From Macrostomum lignano (Eukaryota): DNA of 64,000 nt. This document shows, one piece after another, positions 1 to 11,964 of the stretch (the first letter of the stretch is position 1; every line of letters starts with the position of its first letter). A program made the position numbers and the translations under genes. The stretch lies in assembly GCA_002269645.1 (NCBI GenBank), contig NIVC01000110.1, positions 744,001-808,000 on the forward strand. Direction: 5' to 3'. The notes under the pieces are model-generated. The model saw only the letters and a program-made list of their open reading frames with translations, was not told the origin of the DNA and did no database searches.

Positions 1-357
1 AATTTGAACCGAGAGAGACCGAGGACACCGCAGGACGCACCCCCGGCAGACGATGAGCGAAGAGACGATCCGGCAGGCGAGCCCTGAGGTGCCCCGGCCG
101 AGAATTTGAGACCGAGAGAGACCGAGGACACCGCAGGACGCACCCCCGGCAGACGAAGCGATGAGGCCGACAGACGAAGCGATGAGGCCGACAGACGAAG
201 CGATGAGGCCGACAGACGAAGCGATGAGGCCGACAAACGAAGCGATGAGGCCGACAGACGGGATGACGAGATGACTGGTGGAGGGTTACGACTATGACGA
301 TGGCATGGCCTTTGCCAGCCTTACTGAATTGACTTAATTATTTTTCATTGGGCGCCA

Positions 358-677
358 TGTAGAAAAAATACTAAACTAAAGACTAGAGAGTTACTTGGAG
401 TTAAATTGAATCTAAGATAAGCCAGTAAGTGGGCGCAGGGCCCAAACAAGTATATTTATACCAGACATTAACTTAGGGGGTTTAAATTGCAGATAATAAA
501 GAGAGGGGGTGGAGTGCGCGACTGAGGAAAGAGGCGAGAACGGAGAGCCAATCAGAACGCAGCAAGGGAGAGAGAGAGATAAGAATAACAAGATTGAGCT
601 GGACAGAGAAGAGAGAAAACAGAGTAAACAGAGACAAGTGAAGGTGAACTAAAGAAATGACTAGGAAAGTCGCGACA
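358..677 (-). repeat. TRIM LTR copy (variant at 358-400)
   Basis: TG...CA termini, PBS and PPT adjacent, TATAAATA on - strand near 453-460; ~45 bp at the PBS-proximal end differ from the other two copies. Confidence 0.8.
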
Positions 678-1652
678 CTCCCCCAAAAAAATGGAACATT
701 TTTTGAATTTTCGAGTACCATTACCAATTGAAATTAATGAGTTAGAATTAGGTCGAATTAAATTGAAAAACACATTCACAATAAATGGTGTATAAAACGA
801 TTTGAAAAATACATAATGACTAAGAATTTGAATACAAAAACAGTAGAGCGAATGCAAAATATTTAGACCGAATTTTAAACTTAGATTTTTATTGAGTAGT
901 TTTTGAACCAATGAGAAGACTGAAAAGACTGAATATATCCGCCCTCCCCCTAAAAATTAATTTAATTTTTTAAATTGTGACTACATGGTGAAAGAAAAAA
1001 TTGAATGACGAATTAACGAGGCGATCTGGCAGGCGATGAGCGAAGAGACGATCCGGCAGGCGATGAGCGAAGAGACGATCCGGCAGGCGATGAGCAAAGA
1101 GACGATCCGGCAGGCGATGAGCAAAGAGACGATCCGGCAGGCGAGCCCCGAGGCGCCCCGGCCGAGAATTTGAACCGAGAGAGACCGAGGACACCGCAGG
1201 ACGCACCCCCGGCAGACGACGAGCGAAGAGACGATCCGGAAGGCGAGCGAAGAGATGATCCGGCAGGCGAGCGAAGAGACGATCCGGCAGGCGAGCCCCG
1301 CGGCGCCCCGGCAGAGAATCTGAACCGAGAGAGACCGAGGACACCGCAGGACGCACCCCCGGCAGACGATGAGCGAAGAGACGATCCGGCAGGCGAGCCC
1401 TGAGGTGCCCCGGCCGAGAATTTGAGACCGAGAGAGACCGAGGACACCGCAGGACGCACCCCCGGCAGACGAAGCGATGAGGCCGACAGACGAAGCGATG
1501 AGGCCGACAGACGAAGCGATGAGGCCGACAAACGAAGCGATGAGGCCGACAGACGAAGCGATGAGAAGACTGGTGGAGGGCTACGACTATGACGATGGCA
1601 TGGCCTTTGCCAGCCTTACTGAATTGACTTAATTATTTTACATTGGGCGCCA

Positions 1653-1973
1653 TGTAGAGAAAACTAACGATTGAATTATGAGATATTTAATTGGAGTTAA
1701 ATTGAATCTAAGATAAGCCAGTAAGTGGGCGCAGGGCCCAAACAAGTATATTTATACCAGACATTAACTTAGGGGGTTTAAATTGCAGATAATAAAGAGA
1801 GGGGGTGGAGTGCGCGACTGAGGAAAGAGGCGAGAACGGAGAGCCAATCAGAACGCAGCAAGGGAGAGAGAGAGATAAGAATAACAAGATTGAGCTGGAC
1901 AGAGAAGAGAGAAAACAGAGTAAACAGAGACAAGTGAAGGTGAACTAAAGAAATGACTAGGAAAGTCGCGACA
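1653..1973 (-). repeat. TRIM LTR copy
   Basis: 321 bp, shared between two internal domains, PBS and PPT adjacent. Confidence 0.8.
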
Positions 1974-2950
1974 CTCCCCCCAAAAAAATGGAACATTTTT
2001 TGAATTTTCGAGTACCATTACCAATTGAAATTAATGAGTTAGAATTAGGTCGAATTAAATTGAAAAACACATTCACAATAAATGGTGTATAAAACGATTT
2101 GAAAAATACATAATGACTAAGAATTTGAATACAAAAACAGTAGAGCGAATGCAAAATATTTAGACCGAATTTTAAACTTAGATTTTTATTGAGTAGTTTT
2201 TGAACCAATGAGAAGACTGAAAAGACTGAATATATCCGCCCTCCCCCCTAAAAATTAATTTAATTTTTTAAATTGTGACTACATGGTGAAAGAAAAAATT
2301 GAATGACGAATTAACGAGGCGATCTGGCAGACGATGAGCGAAGAGACGATCTGGCAGGCGATGAGCGAAGAGACGATCCGGCAGGCGATGAGCAAAGAGA
2401 CGATCCGGCAGGCGATGAGCAAAGAGACGATCCGGCAGGCGAGCCCCGAGGCGCCCCGGCCGAGAATTTGAACCGAGAGAGACCGAGGACACCGCAGGAC
2501 GCACCCCCGGCAGACGACGAGCGAAGAGACGATCCGGAAGGCGAGCGAAGAGATGATCCGGCAGGCGAGCGAAGAGACGATCCGGCAGGCGAGCCCCGCG
2601 GCGCCCCGGCAGAGAATCTGAACCGAGAGAGACCGAGGACACCGCAGGACGCACCCCCGGCAGACGATGAGCGAAGAGACGATCCGGCAGGCGAGCCCTG
2701 AGGTGCCCCGGCCGAGAATTTGAGACCGAGAGAGACCGAGGACACCGCAGGACGCACCCCCGGCAGACGAAGCGATGAGGCCGACAGACGAAGCGATGAG
2801 GCCGACAGACGAAGCGATGAGGCCGACAAACGAAGCGATGAGGCCGACAGACGAAGCGATGAGAAGACTGGTGGAGGGCTACGACTATGACGATGGCATG
2901 GCCTTTGCCAGCCTTACTGAATTGACTTAATTATTTTACATTGGGCGCCA

Positions 2951-3271
2951 TGTAGAGAAAACTAACGATTGAATTATGAGATATTTAATTGGAGTTAAAT
3001 TGAATCTAAGATAAGCCAGTAAGTGGGCGCAGGGCCCAAACAAGTATATTTATACCAGACATTAACTTAGGGGGTTTAAATTGCAGATAATAAAGAGAGG
3101 GGGTGGAGTGCGCGACTGAGGAAAGAGGCGAGAACGGAGAGCCAATCAGAACGCAGCAAGGGAGAGAGAGAGATAAGAATAACAAGATTGAGCTGGACAG
3201 AGAAGAGAGAAAACAGAGTAAACAGAGACAAGTGAAGGTGAACTAAAGAAATGACTAGGAAAGTCGCGACA
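2951..3271 (-). repeat. TRIM 5' LTR (array terminus)
   Basis: 321 bp, appears identical to 1653-1973; homology stops at ...GTCGCGACA 3271. Confidence 0.8.
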
Positions 3272-3930
3272 AGGGGAGAGGGTGTGAGGGTGTGAGAGTG
3301 TGAGGGAGAGAGGGTGTTAGGGGAGAGGGTGTTAAAGGAAGAGGGTGTGAAGGGGAGAGAGGGAGGAAAGGAAAGGAGAGGAAAGGATCAGAGGGGGAGA
3401 GGGTGTGAGATGGAGAGGTTGTGAGGGGGAGAGGGTGTGAGGGTGTGAGTTGGAGAGGGTGTGAGCAGGAGAGGGTATGAGGGAGAGAGGGTGTGAGGGG
3501 GAGAGGGTGTTAGGGGAGAGGGTGTGAGGGTGTGAGAGTGTGAGGGGGAGAGAGTGTTAGGGGAGAGGGTGTGAGGGTGTGAGAGTGTGAGGGGGAGAGG
3601 GTGTTAGGGGAGAGGATGTAAAGGGAAGAGAGGATGTGAGGGAGAGAGGGTGTTAAAGGAAGAGGGTGTGAAGGGAGAGAGGGTATGCGGGAGAGAGGGT
3701 GTTAGGGGAGAGGGTGTGAAGGGGAGAGGGTGTGAGGGAGAGAGGGTGTGATGGTGATGGGGAGAGGGTGTGAGGGAGAGAGGGTGTGATGGTGATGGGG
3801 AGAGGGTGTGAGGGAGAGAGGGTGTGATGGTGATGGGGAGAGGGTATGCGGGAGAGAGGGTGTTAGGGGAGAGGGTGTGAAGGGGAGAGGGTGTGAGGGA
3901 GAGAGGGTGTGATGGTGATGGAGAGAGGGT
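3272..3930. repeat. Degenerate G/A-rich simple repeat (GGAGAGGGTGTGA-like)
   Basis: Visible imperfect tandem repetition. Confidence 0.9.
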
Positions 3931-4032
3931 GTGAGGAAAGTATCAGAGGTCAGGCAGAGTGGGAGGGATTGAAGGCCACAGAGCCCATACAACATCAGCT
4001 GGTGAACCAGTCGCCCCCCAATCTCCACCCAG

Positions 4033-4314
4033 ATGCCGTCGGGCCCTTTCGCCGGCCGCTCGGTGACCAACGAAGACTTCGCCTCGGCCAGCAGCTCGGT
4101 GCCGCAGCAGCCCCGGCAGGCACCGGTGCGGCACCGCGGCGAGCTGACCGGCACAGCTTCGCTAGGCGGTCACGCGGCCGGAGCGGATGCGAGCGGCGGA
4201 TGGGCAACATCTACGAGTCAGGACGCCTTCACGGCCAAGCAGAGAGAAGGGCCGCCGCCAAGGCGCAGGCAGCAGCAGCAGCCGCAGGAGCCGCAGGAGC
4301 AGTTTCTGCAGTAG
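4033..4314 (+). CDS. Probable terminal coding exon of a + strand gene (low-complexity, Q/P-rich C-terminus)
   Basis: Acceptor CCCCCAATCTCCACCCAG at 4032, resembling other acceptors in the window; GC-rich island with GC3-biased codons in the frame MPSGPFAGRSVTNEDF...QEQFLQ*. Upstream exons would lie outside the window; frame not certain. Confidence 0.45.
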   Translation: MPSGPFAGRSVTNEDFASASSSVPQQPRQAPVRHRGELTGTASLGGHAAGADASGGWATSTSQDAFTAKQREGPPPRRRQQQQPQEPQEQFLQ

Positions 4315-4892
4315 CGAATCTACGTACTTTTAGGCTGAGGTTTTGGATAAGCAAAATTGCCTTCCACTGACAATTCTCCATCTGCAGCGGCGCCCTTAAA
4401 ATTATTAATCACCTTTGAATTTTAAGCTTTTGAAAATGAGGTTTTTATAGAATGAATATCAAATGTGCTGGCGCCTCTGGTGCTGGCGCCATTCCTAAGA
4501 ATCCTGTGACCATGCCTCTAGTTGTGTCTTGCACTGCGGGGACCCATCTCAGTCTCTATATTCGACAGCGTGTATAATTTAATAATTTACACGAGACAAC
4601 AAAATTAAATGTCCCATTTTAATCCCCATTTTTGTTTGGTCAGCCGCTGGCTTGTTGAAGGATTGTCAGTAGTAAAAGCAATGTTTATCTTTGCAGGACT
4701 AGATTGGGTGATGTCTAACTAGGAACTAGGCTCTTTTGCAACGATTTTATTTTGTTTGTTTGCTTGCATGTTGATTTCCTTTAATAATCGGTACACCGCT
4801 CACTACCAATCAGTGATGCCCGAAATGATAAATTTTAATTTTAATGCACAGTACGAGTATAGGCTCGAACTATCGATTCGATTCGAAAGCGA

Positions 4893-5600
4893 TTCCTGGA
4901 AAATCAGAAAGGCAAGTCCTGGAATGATCAGAAAGGCGATTCCTGGAAATATCAGAAAGGCAATTCCTGGAAATATCAAAAAGGCGATTCCTGGAAATAT
5001 CAGAAAGGCGATTCCTAGAAATATCAGAAAGGCGATTCCTGGAAATATCAGAAAGGCGATTCCTGGAAATATCAGAAAGGCGATTCCTGGAAATATCAGA
5101 AAGGCGATTCCTGGAAATATCAGAAAGGCAATTCCTGGAAATATCAGAAAGGCGATTCCTGGAAATATCAGAAAGGCGATTCCTGGAAATATCAGAAAGG
5201 CAATTCCTGGAAATATCAGAAAGGCGATTCCTGGAAATATCAGAAAGGCGATTCCTGGAAATATCAGAAAGGCGATTCCTGGAAATATCAGAAAGGAAAT
5301 TCCTGGAAATATCAGAAAGGCGATTCCTGGAAATATCAGAAAGGCAATTCCTGGAAATATCAGAAAGGAAATTCCTGGAAATATCAAAAAGGCAATTCCT
5401 GGAAATATCAGAAAGGAAATTCCTGGAAATATCAAAAAGGCAATTCCTGGAAATATCAGAAAGGCAATTCCTGGAAATATCAGAAAGGTGATTGCTGGAA
5501 ATATCAGAAAGGCAATTCCTAGAAATATCAGAAAGGCGATTCCTAGAAATATCAGAAAGGCAATTCCTAGAAATATCAGAAAGGTGATTGCTGGAAATAT
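4893..5600. repeat. 24-bp minisatellite (ATCAGAAAGGCGATTCCTGGAAAT)
   Basis: ~29 tandem units; explains ORFs 4756-5649, 4803-5606, 4870-5604. Confidence 0.95.
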
Positions 5601-6436
5601 CCACAATGTTAAATTATGTTATTTATTTCACTTAACGTACCTACAGTAACCACTTATGGATAAAATATTGCAAGTACAAGTAAGTATATTCAAAATTGCA
5701 ATGCAACATTGAAAATGATCAAGTTTATAAAGAATTACTAAATACACTTTGCCGTCTACGCAAGCGAATTCGTATGATTTTTCCTAATCTCCCCCGAACT
5801 CTCCAACGAGCCTGCAATGAAAATTGTGCCTTATTAAAATTGATTTCGATACATATCGGCTTCGATACACAATTTTCCAGGGTATTGTGGCCCTTGATTT
5901 GAGCAACTTCTCACAATTAGAAAATAACAAACCAAATGTAAAAACACAATAAACAGATTTACCAGTAAAAACTAAAAAACGCATTGAACAGCTTACTGAA
6001 AGTAGCGATGGATGCGCATTTATTTCCTGATTGGGCAGAATTTGCAGCAGAATCGGGGATTGGAAATGATTCAGAAGCGTTTAGAAAACGAAAAAATACT
6101 AAATTGAAAGAATTAATTTCTATATGAGAAAAATCTGTCACTACCGTCAACACATCTCAGCTGAATAGTTACACGATGTACTTTTGAATATTGAGGCGGT
6201 AGTGGCAGATTAATTAATTAAGTGTAAGTAAATTATAATATGAAAAGTACACGCAGTGCTCGATGTTGATAAAGACGCCAAATTAAGAAACTGGGCCTAA
6301 TAGAAATAATAATAAAGTTGATATAATTAGTTTTGTATAACAAAACTATAACAAGTAAATATAAGAAAAAACAATGAAAATATTGAGATTTATAATAGAA
6401 AAACAAAAACACATTTAATTTTAGTGCACTGGGGCC

Positions 6437-7600
6437 ATTGTCACTCCCTACCCGAATTCGGGCACTCTCAATTGTCACTCCCTACTCGAAGTCGGGCACT
6501 CTCAATTGTCACTCCCTACTTGAATTCGGGCACTCTCAATTGTCACTCCCTACTCGAAGTCGGGCACTCTCAATTGTCACTCCCTACTCGAATTCGGGCA
6601 CTCTCAATTGTCACTCCCTACCCGAATTCGGGCACTCTCAATTGTCACTCCCTACTTGAATTCGTGCACTCTCAATTGTCACTCCCTACTTGAAGTCGGG
6701 CACTCTCAATTGTCACTCCCTACTTGAATTCGGGCACTCTCAATTGTCACTCCCTACTCGAAGTCGGGCACTCTCAATTGTCACTCCCTACTCAAATTCG
6801 GGCACTCTCAATTGTCACTCCCTACTCGAATTCGGGCACTCTCAATTGTCACTCCCTACTTGAATTCGGGCACTCTCAATTGTCACTCCCTACTCGAAGT
6901 CGGGCACTCTCAATTGCACTCCCTACTCGAATTCGGGCACTCTCAATTGTCACTCCCTACTCGAATTCGGGCACTCTCAACTGTCACTCCCTACTCGAAT
7001 TCGGGCACTCTCAATTGTCACTCCCGACCCGAATTCGGGCACTCTCAATTGTCACTCCCTACTTGAAGTCGGGCACTCTCAATTGTCACTCCCTACTTGA
7101 AGTCGGGCACTCTCAATTGTCACTCCCTACTTGAATTCGGGAACTCTCAATTGTCACTCCCTACTCGAAGTCGGGCACTCTCAATTGTCACTCCCTACTT
7201 GAAGTCGGGCACTCTCAATTGTCACTCCCTACTTGAATTCGGGCACTCTCAATTGTCACTCCCTACTCGAAGTCGGGCACTCTCAATTGTCACTCCCTAC
7301 CCGAATTCGGGCACTCTCAATTGTCACTCCCTACTCGAATTCGGGCACTCTCAACTGTCACTCCCTACTCGAATTCGGGCACTCTCAACTGTCACTCCCT
7401 ACTCGAATTCGGGCACTCTCAATTGTCACTCCCGACCCGAATTCGGGCACTCTCAATTGTCACTCCCTACTTGAATTCGTGCACTCTCAATTGTCACTCC
7501 CTACTCGAATTCGGGCACTCTCAATTGTCACTCCCTACTTGAATTCGGGCACTCTTAATTGTCACTCCCTACTCGAATTCGGGCACTCTCAACTGTCACT
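6437..7600. repeat. 34-bp minisatellite (CAATTGTCACTCCCTACTCGAATTCGGGCACTCT)
   Basis: ~34 tandem units just 3' of the TMPPE-like stop codon. Confidence 0.95.
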
Positions 7601-7650
7601 CTCTGGAACTAAGTAATCGCTCCCCCAAGCTGCATCACTCCTCAGGCAGG

Positions 7651-10600
7651 TCAGACCAGCCTAACAAGCGCAATCTCCTGCTGAGTTAGAGTTCTCAAAG
7701 GTGGCCCGTAGTACATGGCACCGGAGGTGACAAAGATCTGATAGCGGCCCACCCTGTAATACCCGTAGTTGAAGGGGAACACCAGCTTAGCTAGAATGGT
7801 CAGCGGGAAGAACTGCCCAGCGTGGGTGTGGCCGCACAGAATCAAATCCACGTTGGCACCGGACGAGATGGCGTCCTTAGCAACGCTGGGCTGGTGTGCC
7901 AGCAGCACCACCGCGTCAGAGGGTCTGCAAGCAGACAGGGCGGCACTCAGGTTGTAGTGCAGCTCCGCCGAGTCCGTGGCCACGTCCGCGAACTGGTCAT
8001 TGACGCCCGCCAGACAGAGGCCGCCTATGCGTCTGCGATGGGGAAGAGCGGTTGCCATGGTTTCCAGTCAGCCATATCAAGTCTTTCATTCAGCCTCAAC
8101 TAGTCTTTAACCCAGCCTCTTACTAGCCTCATCAGGTAACCTACTCAGTCTCCAGGCACCTTATCAAATATTCAATAAATACTCACCCAGTGTCTGACGC
8201 AGCCCTGCCTTACCCAGCCTCATCTAGTCACCCAGCCTCATCCAGTCACCCAACCTCATCAAGTCACTCCCTATCGCAAGTCAGTCTGCGATGGGGAAGA
8301 GCGGTTCCCATGGTTTCCAGTCAGCCATATCAAGTCTTTCATTCAGCCTCAACTAGTCTTTAACCCAGCCTCTTACTAGCCTCATCAGGTAACCTACTCA
8401 GTCTCCAGGCACCTTATCAAATATTCAATAAATACTCACCCAGTGTCTGACGCAGCCCTGCCTTACCCAGCCTCATCTAGTCACCCAGCCTCATCCAGTC
8501 ACCCAACCTCATCAAGTCACCCAACCTCATCAAGTCACCCAGCCTCATCTAAGTCACCCAGCCTCATCTAAGTCACCAAGCCTCATCTGAGTCACCCAGC
8601 CTCATCCAAGTCACCAAGCCTCATCCAAGTCATCAAGCCTCATCCAAGTCACCAAGCCTCATCTAAGTCATCAAGCCTCATCTGAGTCACCCAGCCTCAT
8701 TTAAGTCACCCAGCCTCATCTAAGTCACCCAGCCTCATCAAGTCACCCAGCCTCATCAAGTCACCCAGCCTCATCTAAGTCACCCAGCCTCATTTAAGTC
8801 ACCCAGCCTCATCTAAGTCACCCAGCCTCATCTAAGTCACCCTGCCTCATCAAAGTCACCCAGCCTCATCCAAGTCACCAAGCCTCATCTAAGTCATCAA
8901 GCCTCATCTGAGTCACCCAGCCTCATTTAAGTCACCCAGCCTCATCTAAGTCACCCAGCCTCATCCAAGTCACCAAGCCTCATCTAAGTCATCAAGCCTC
9001 ATCTGAGTCACCCAGCCTCATTTAAGTCACCAAGCCTCATCTAAGTCACCCAGCCTCATCCAAGTCACCCAGCCTCATTTAAGTCACCCAGCCTCATCTA
9101 AGTCACCCAGCCTCATCCAAGTCACCCAGCCTCATCTAAGTCACCCAGCCTCATCCAAGTCACCAAGCCTCATCCAAGTCACCAAGCCTCATCTAAGTCA
9201 CCCAGCCTCATCTAAGTCATCAAGCCTCATCTGAGTCACCCAGCCTCATTTAAGTCACCCAGCCTCATCTCGTCCCGCAGCCTCATCCAGTCCTGCAGCC
9301 TCACCTAGCCTGATTGGCCAGAGGCTGGAAGCCGGCAGCAGCAACAGCCCGAATCCAAGCCTGGGGTCGCATAGTCAGGTATTCGTGATTGCCAGTCACG
9401 TACACCTTGGCCAGCTTAGCCTGAACATTGGCTAGCGGAGCCGCAGCGCTGAGAAACTGAGTGCCAGGCGTGTCAGCCAGATCGCCAACCAGAGCCACCA
9501 CATCCGGCTTCAAACCGTTTAGCTGGGTGACCAGCCCGGCCACATCAGGTACACCCACAGTCGGGCCGATGTGCAGGTCGGACACCAGAGCCACTTGAAG
9601 GCCGCGCATCGATGAAGGCAGCCGAGGCAGCTCGATGTCGATCCGACGAACTGGAATGCCGCGACCCGCAGACAGGGCGGAGCTGCTCACGCCGGACAGT
9701 CCAGCAGTTGTCATGGCAACCGAAACAGCCAATGGCAGAGCTGCGCAAAAAAATCCTTTATTGAGCATCGGACCGAGCTGCGTGCCGATCAAGAATCGAT
9801 AGCACATTGACAAGCAGTGCGCGAGCAGAGCGTAAAATGTAAACTGCAGGCACTGGCCGCCGCAGATGTAGCAGGCCAGCACTAGCGGATTCACCTGCGG
9901 TTGGGGGCGGCGTGAATGCGTGACGTCACTGGGATAAAGTGCGCCTCACTTGACTGAATGATGTGAGTCAGATGAGTGAATTATGTGAATCAGATGAGAG
10001 AATGATGTGAGTCAGATGAGTGAATGATGTGAATCAGATGAGAGAATGATGTGAGTCAGATGAGTGAATGATGTGAGTCAGATGAGTGAATAATGTGAAT
10101 AAGATGAGAGAATGATGTGAGTCAGATGAGTGAATGATGTGAATCAGATGACTGAATGATGTGAGTCAGATGAGTGAATGATGTGAATCAGATGAGTGAA
10201 TGATGTGAATCAGATGAGTGAATGATGTGAGTCAGATGAGTGAATGATGTGAATCAGATGAGTGAATGATGTGAGTCAGATGAGTGAATAATGTGAATAA
10301 GATGAGTGAATGGTGTGAATCATATGAGTGAAAGGTGTGAATCAGATGACTGAATGGTGTGAATCAGGTGACTAAATGGTGTGAATCAGATGACTGAATG
10401 ATGTGAATCAGATGAGTGAATGATGTGAATCAGGTGACTGAATGGTGTGAATCAGATGACTGAATGGTGTGAATCAGGTGACTAAATGGTGTGAATCAGA
10501 TGACTGAATGATGTGAATCAGATGAGTGAATGATGTGAATCAGGTGACTGAATGGTGTGAATCAGATGACTGAATAATGTGAATAAGATGAGTGAATGGT

Positions 10601-11725
10601 GTGAATCATATGAGTGAAAGGTGTGAATCAGATGACTGAATGGTGTGAATCAGGTGACTAAATGGTGTGAATCAGATGACTGAATGACGTGAATCAGATG
10701 AGTGAATGATGTGAATCAGGTGACTGAATGGTGTGAATCAGATGACTGAATGGTGTGAATCAGGTGACTAAATGATGTGAATCAGATGACTGAATGGTGT
10801 GAATCAGGTGACTGAATGGTGTGAATCAGGTGACTGAATGGTGTGAATCAGATGACTGAATGATGTGAATCAGATGAGTGAATGGTGTGAATCAGATGAG
10901 TGAATGATGTGAGTCAGATGAGTGAATGATTTGAATCAGGTGAATGATGTGAATCAGGTGACTGAATGGCGTGAATCAGGTGACTAAATGGTGTAAATCA
11001 GGTGACTAAATGGTGTGAATCAGAAGACTGAATGGTGTGAATCAGGTGACTGAATGGTGTAAATCAGGTGACTAAATGACGTGAATCAGGTGAATGAATG
11101 GCGTGAATCAGGTGACTAAATGGTGTAAATCAGGTGACTAAATGGTGTGAATCAGAAGACTGAATGGTGTGAATCAGGTGACTGAATGGTGTAAATCAGG
11201 TGACTAAATGACGTGAATCAGGTGAATGAATAATGTAAATCAGATGACTGAATGATGTACATCAGGTGACTGAAATGCGTGAATCAGGTTACTAAATAAG
11301 GTGAATCAGGTGACTGAATGGCGTGAATCAGGTGACCGAATGGCGTGAATCATATGACTCAAAGCCAGCCCAACCTGAGCTCCGCCCGACAGCAGTAGAC
11401 CCGCAGGCAGGGCCAGCACAGTCCCCAGATACACAGGCGTCATCAAGATGCCAACGATTCGCTCCCAAATGTCGCGTCCCGGATGCACCCAGCGCCACAG
11501 CAGCCAGATTGCCAGCAGTTCACCCAGCTCAGACACGAACAGCACATTAGCCCTGGCAGACAGAGCCCGCCAAGGATATTGCGAGCCAAACAACAGCCAA
11601 GCGGCCACATTGTAGACGGCCAATATGGCCAGGAACACAACCGAATATCGAGTGGTTGACGGGCTCCTGATGCCGCCGATGGGCAGTTGACATGCGGCCT
11701 CCGAAGGCCGCCAAGGTAATTTCAT
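7651..11725 (-). CDS. TMPPE: Transmembrane protein with metallophosphoesterase domain (TMPPE/YkuE-like), 3 exons, ~440 aa
   Basis: Exons 11725-11375, 9894-9305, 8032-7651 (1323 nt, phases 0 and 2 consistent, GT-AG). Hydrophobic N-terminal helices, then calcineurin-like motifs SDLHIG, VGDLAD, GNHE, AHQP, GHTHAGQ. Confidence 0.9.
8031..8520. repeat. 253-bp tandem duplication of the 3' end of TMPPE intron 2, including its acceptor
   Basis: 8031-8268 repeated at 8284-8520 with one visible mismatch (GGTTGCC/GGTTCCC). Confidence 0.9.
8500..9290. repeat. 19-bp intronic minisatellite (AAGTCACCCAGCCTCATCT)
   Basis: Tandem units filling TMPPE intron 2. Confidence 0.95.
9950..11350. repeat. 22-bp intronic minisatellite (TGAATGATGTGAATCAGATGAG)
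   Basis: Tandem units filling TMPPE intron 1. Confidence 0.95.
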
Positions 11726-11964
11726 ACCACCGCGGAATGCAGAAGGGGGGTTGGCGTGGGATGAAGCCTGGAGTGTGCTGCCTAGGCACTACTGGCTACT
11801 GATGAGTAGCATGCAATGAAATTTACTGCTGGGAAATAAAAAAACATAAAAATGATATGGATTTCTAAAAAGCAGAGCACGGTTATCTTTTATTTGTTGC
11901 AATTTTCAATCACCGGATACAAAAATTAGAAATTACACCGACTACTTTTATAAATTGGGGAAAT

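Larger units (their letters stand above)
1..3271 (-). mobile_element. Tandem array of a miniature non-autonomous LTR retroelement (TRIM-like): LTR-internal-LTR-internal-LTR-internal, running off the left edge
   Basis: ~1297-bp period. Three ~320-bp TGT...ACA repeats (358-677, 1653-1973, 2951-3271). On the - strand each LTR is followed immediately by TGGCGCCCAA (348-357, 1643-1652, 2941-2950), the first 10 nt of the tRNA-Lys1,2-type PBS. The two internal LTRs are preceded by T-tract+GGGGGAG (PPT; + strand 678-690, 1974 onward). The array ends exactly at the LTR terminus at 3271. No gag/pol motifs. Confidence 0.8.

Noticed and set aside
4756-5649. 297-aa ORF of IRKAIPGN repeats and its antisense ORFs
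   Set aside because: Translation of a stop-free 24-bp minisatellite; no independent coding evidence
6424-7616. Overlapping ORFs and a CRISPR-like regular repeat
   Set aside because: 34-bp units are contiguous with no unique spacers and no cas genes; eukaryotic minisatellite
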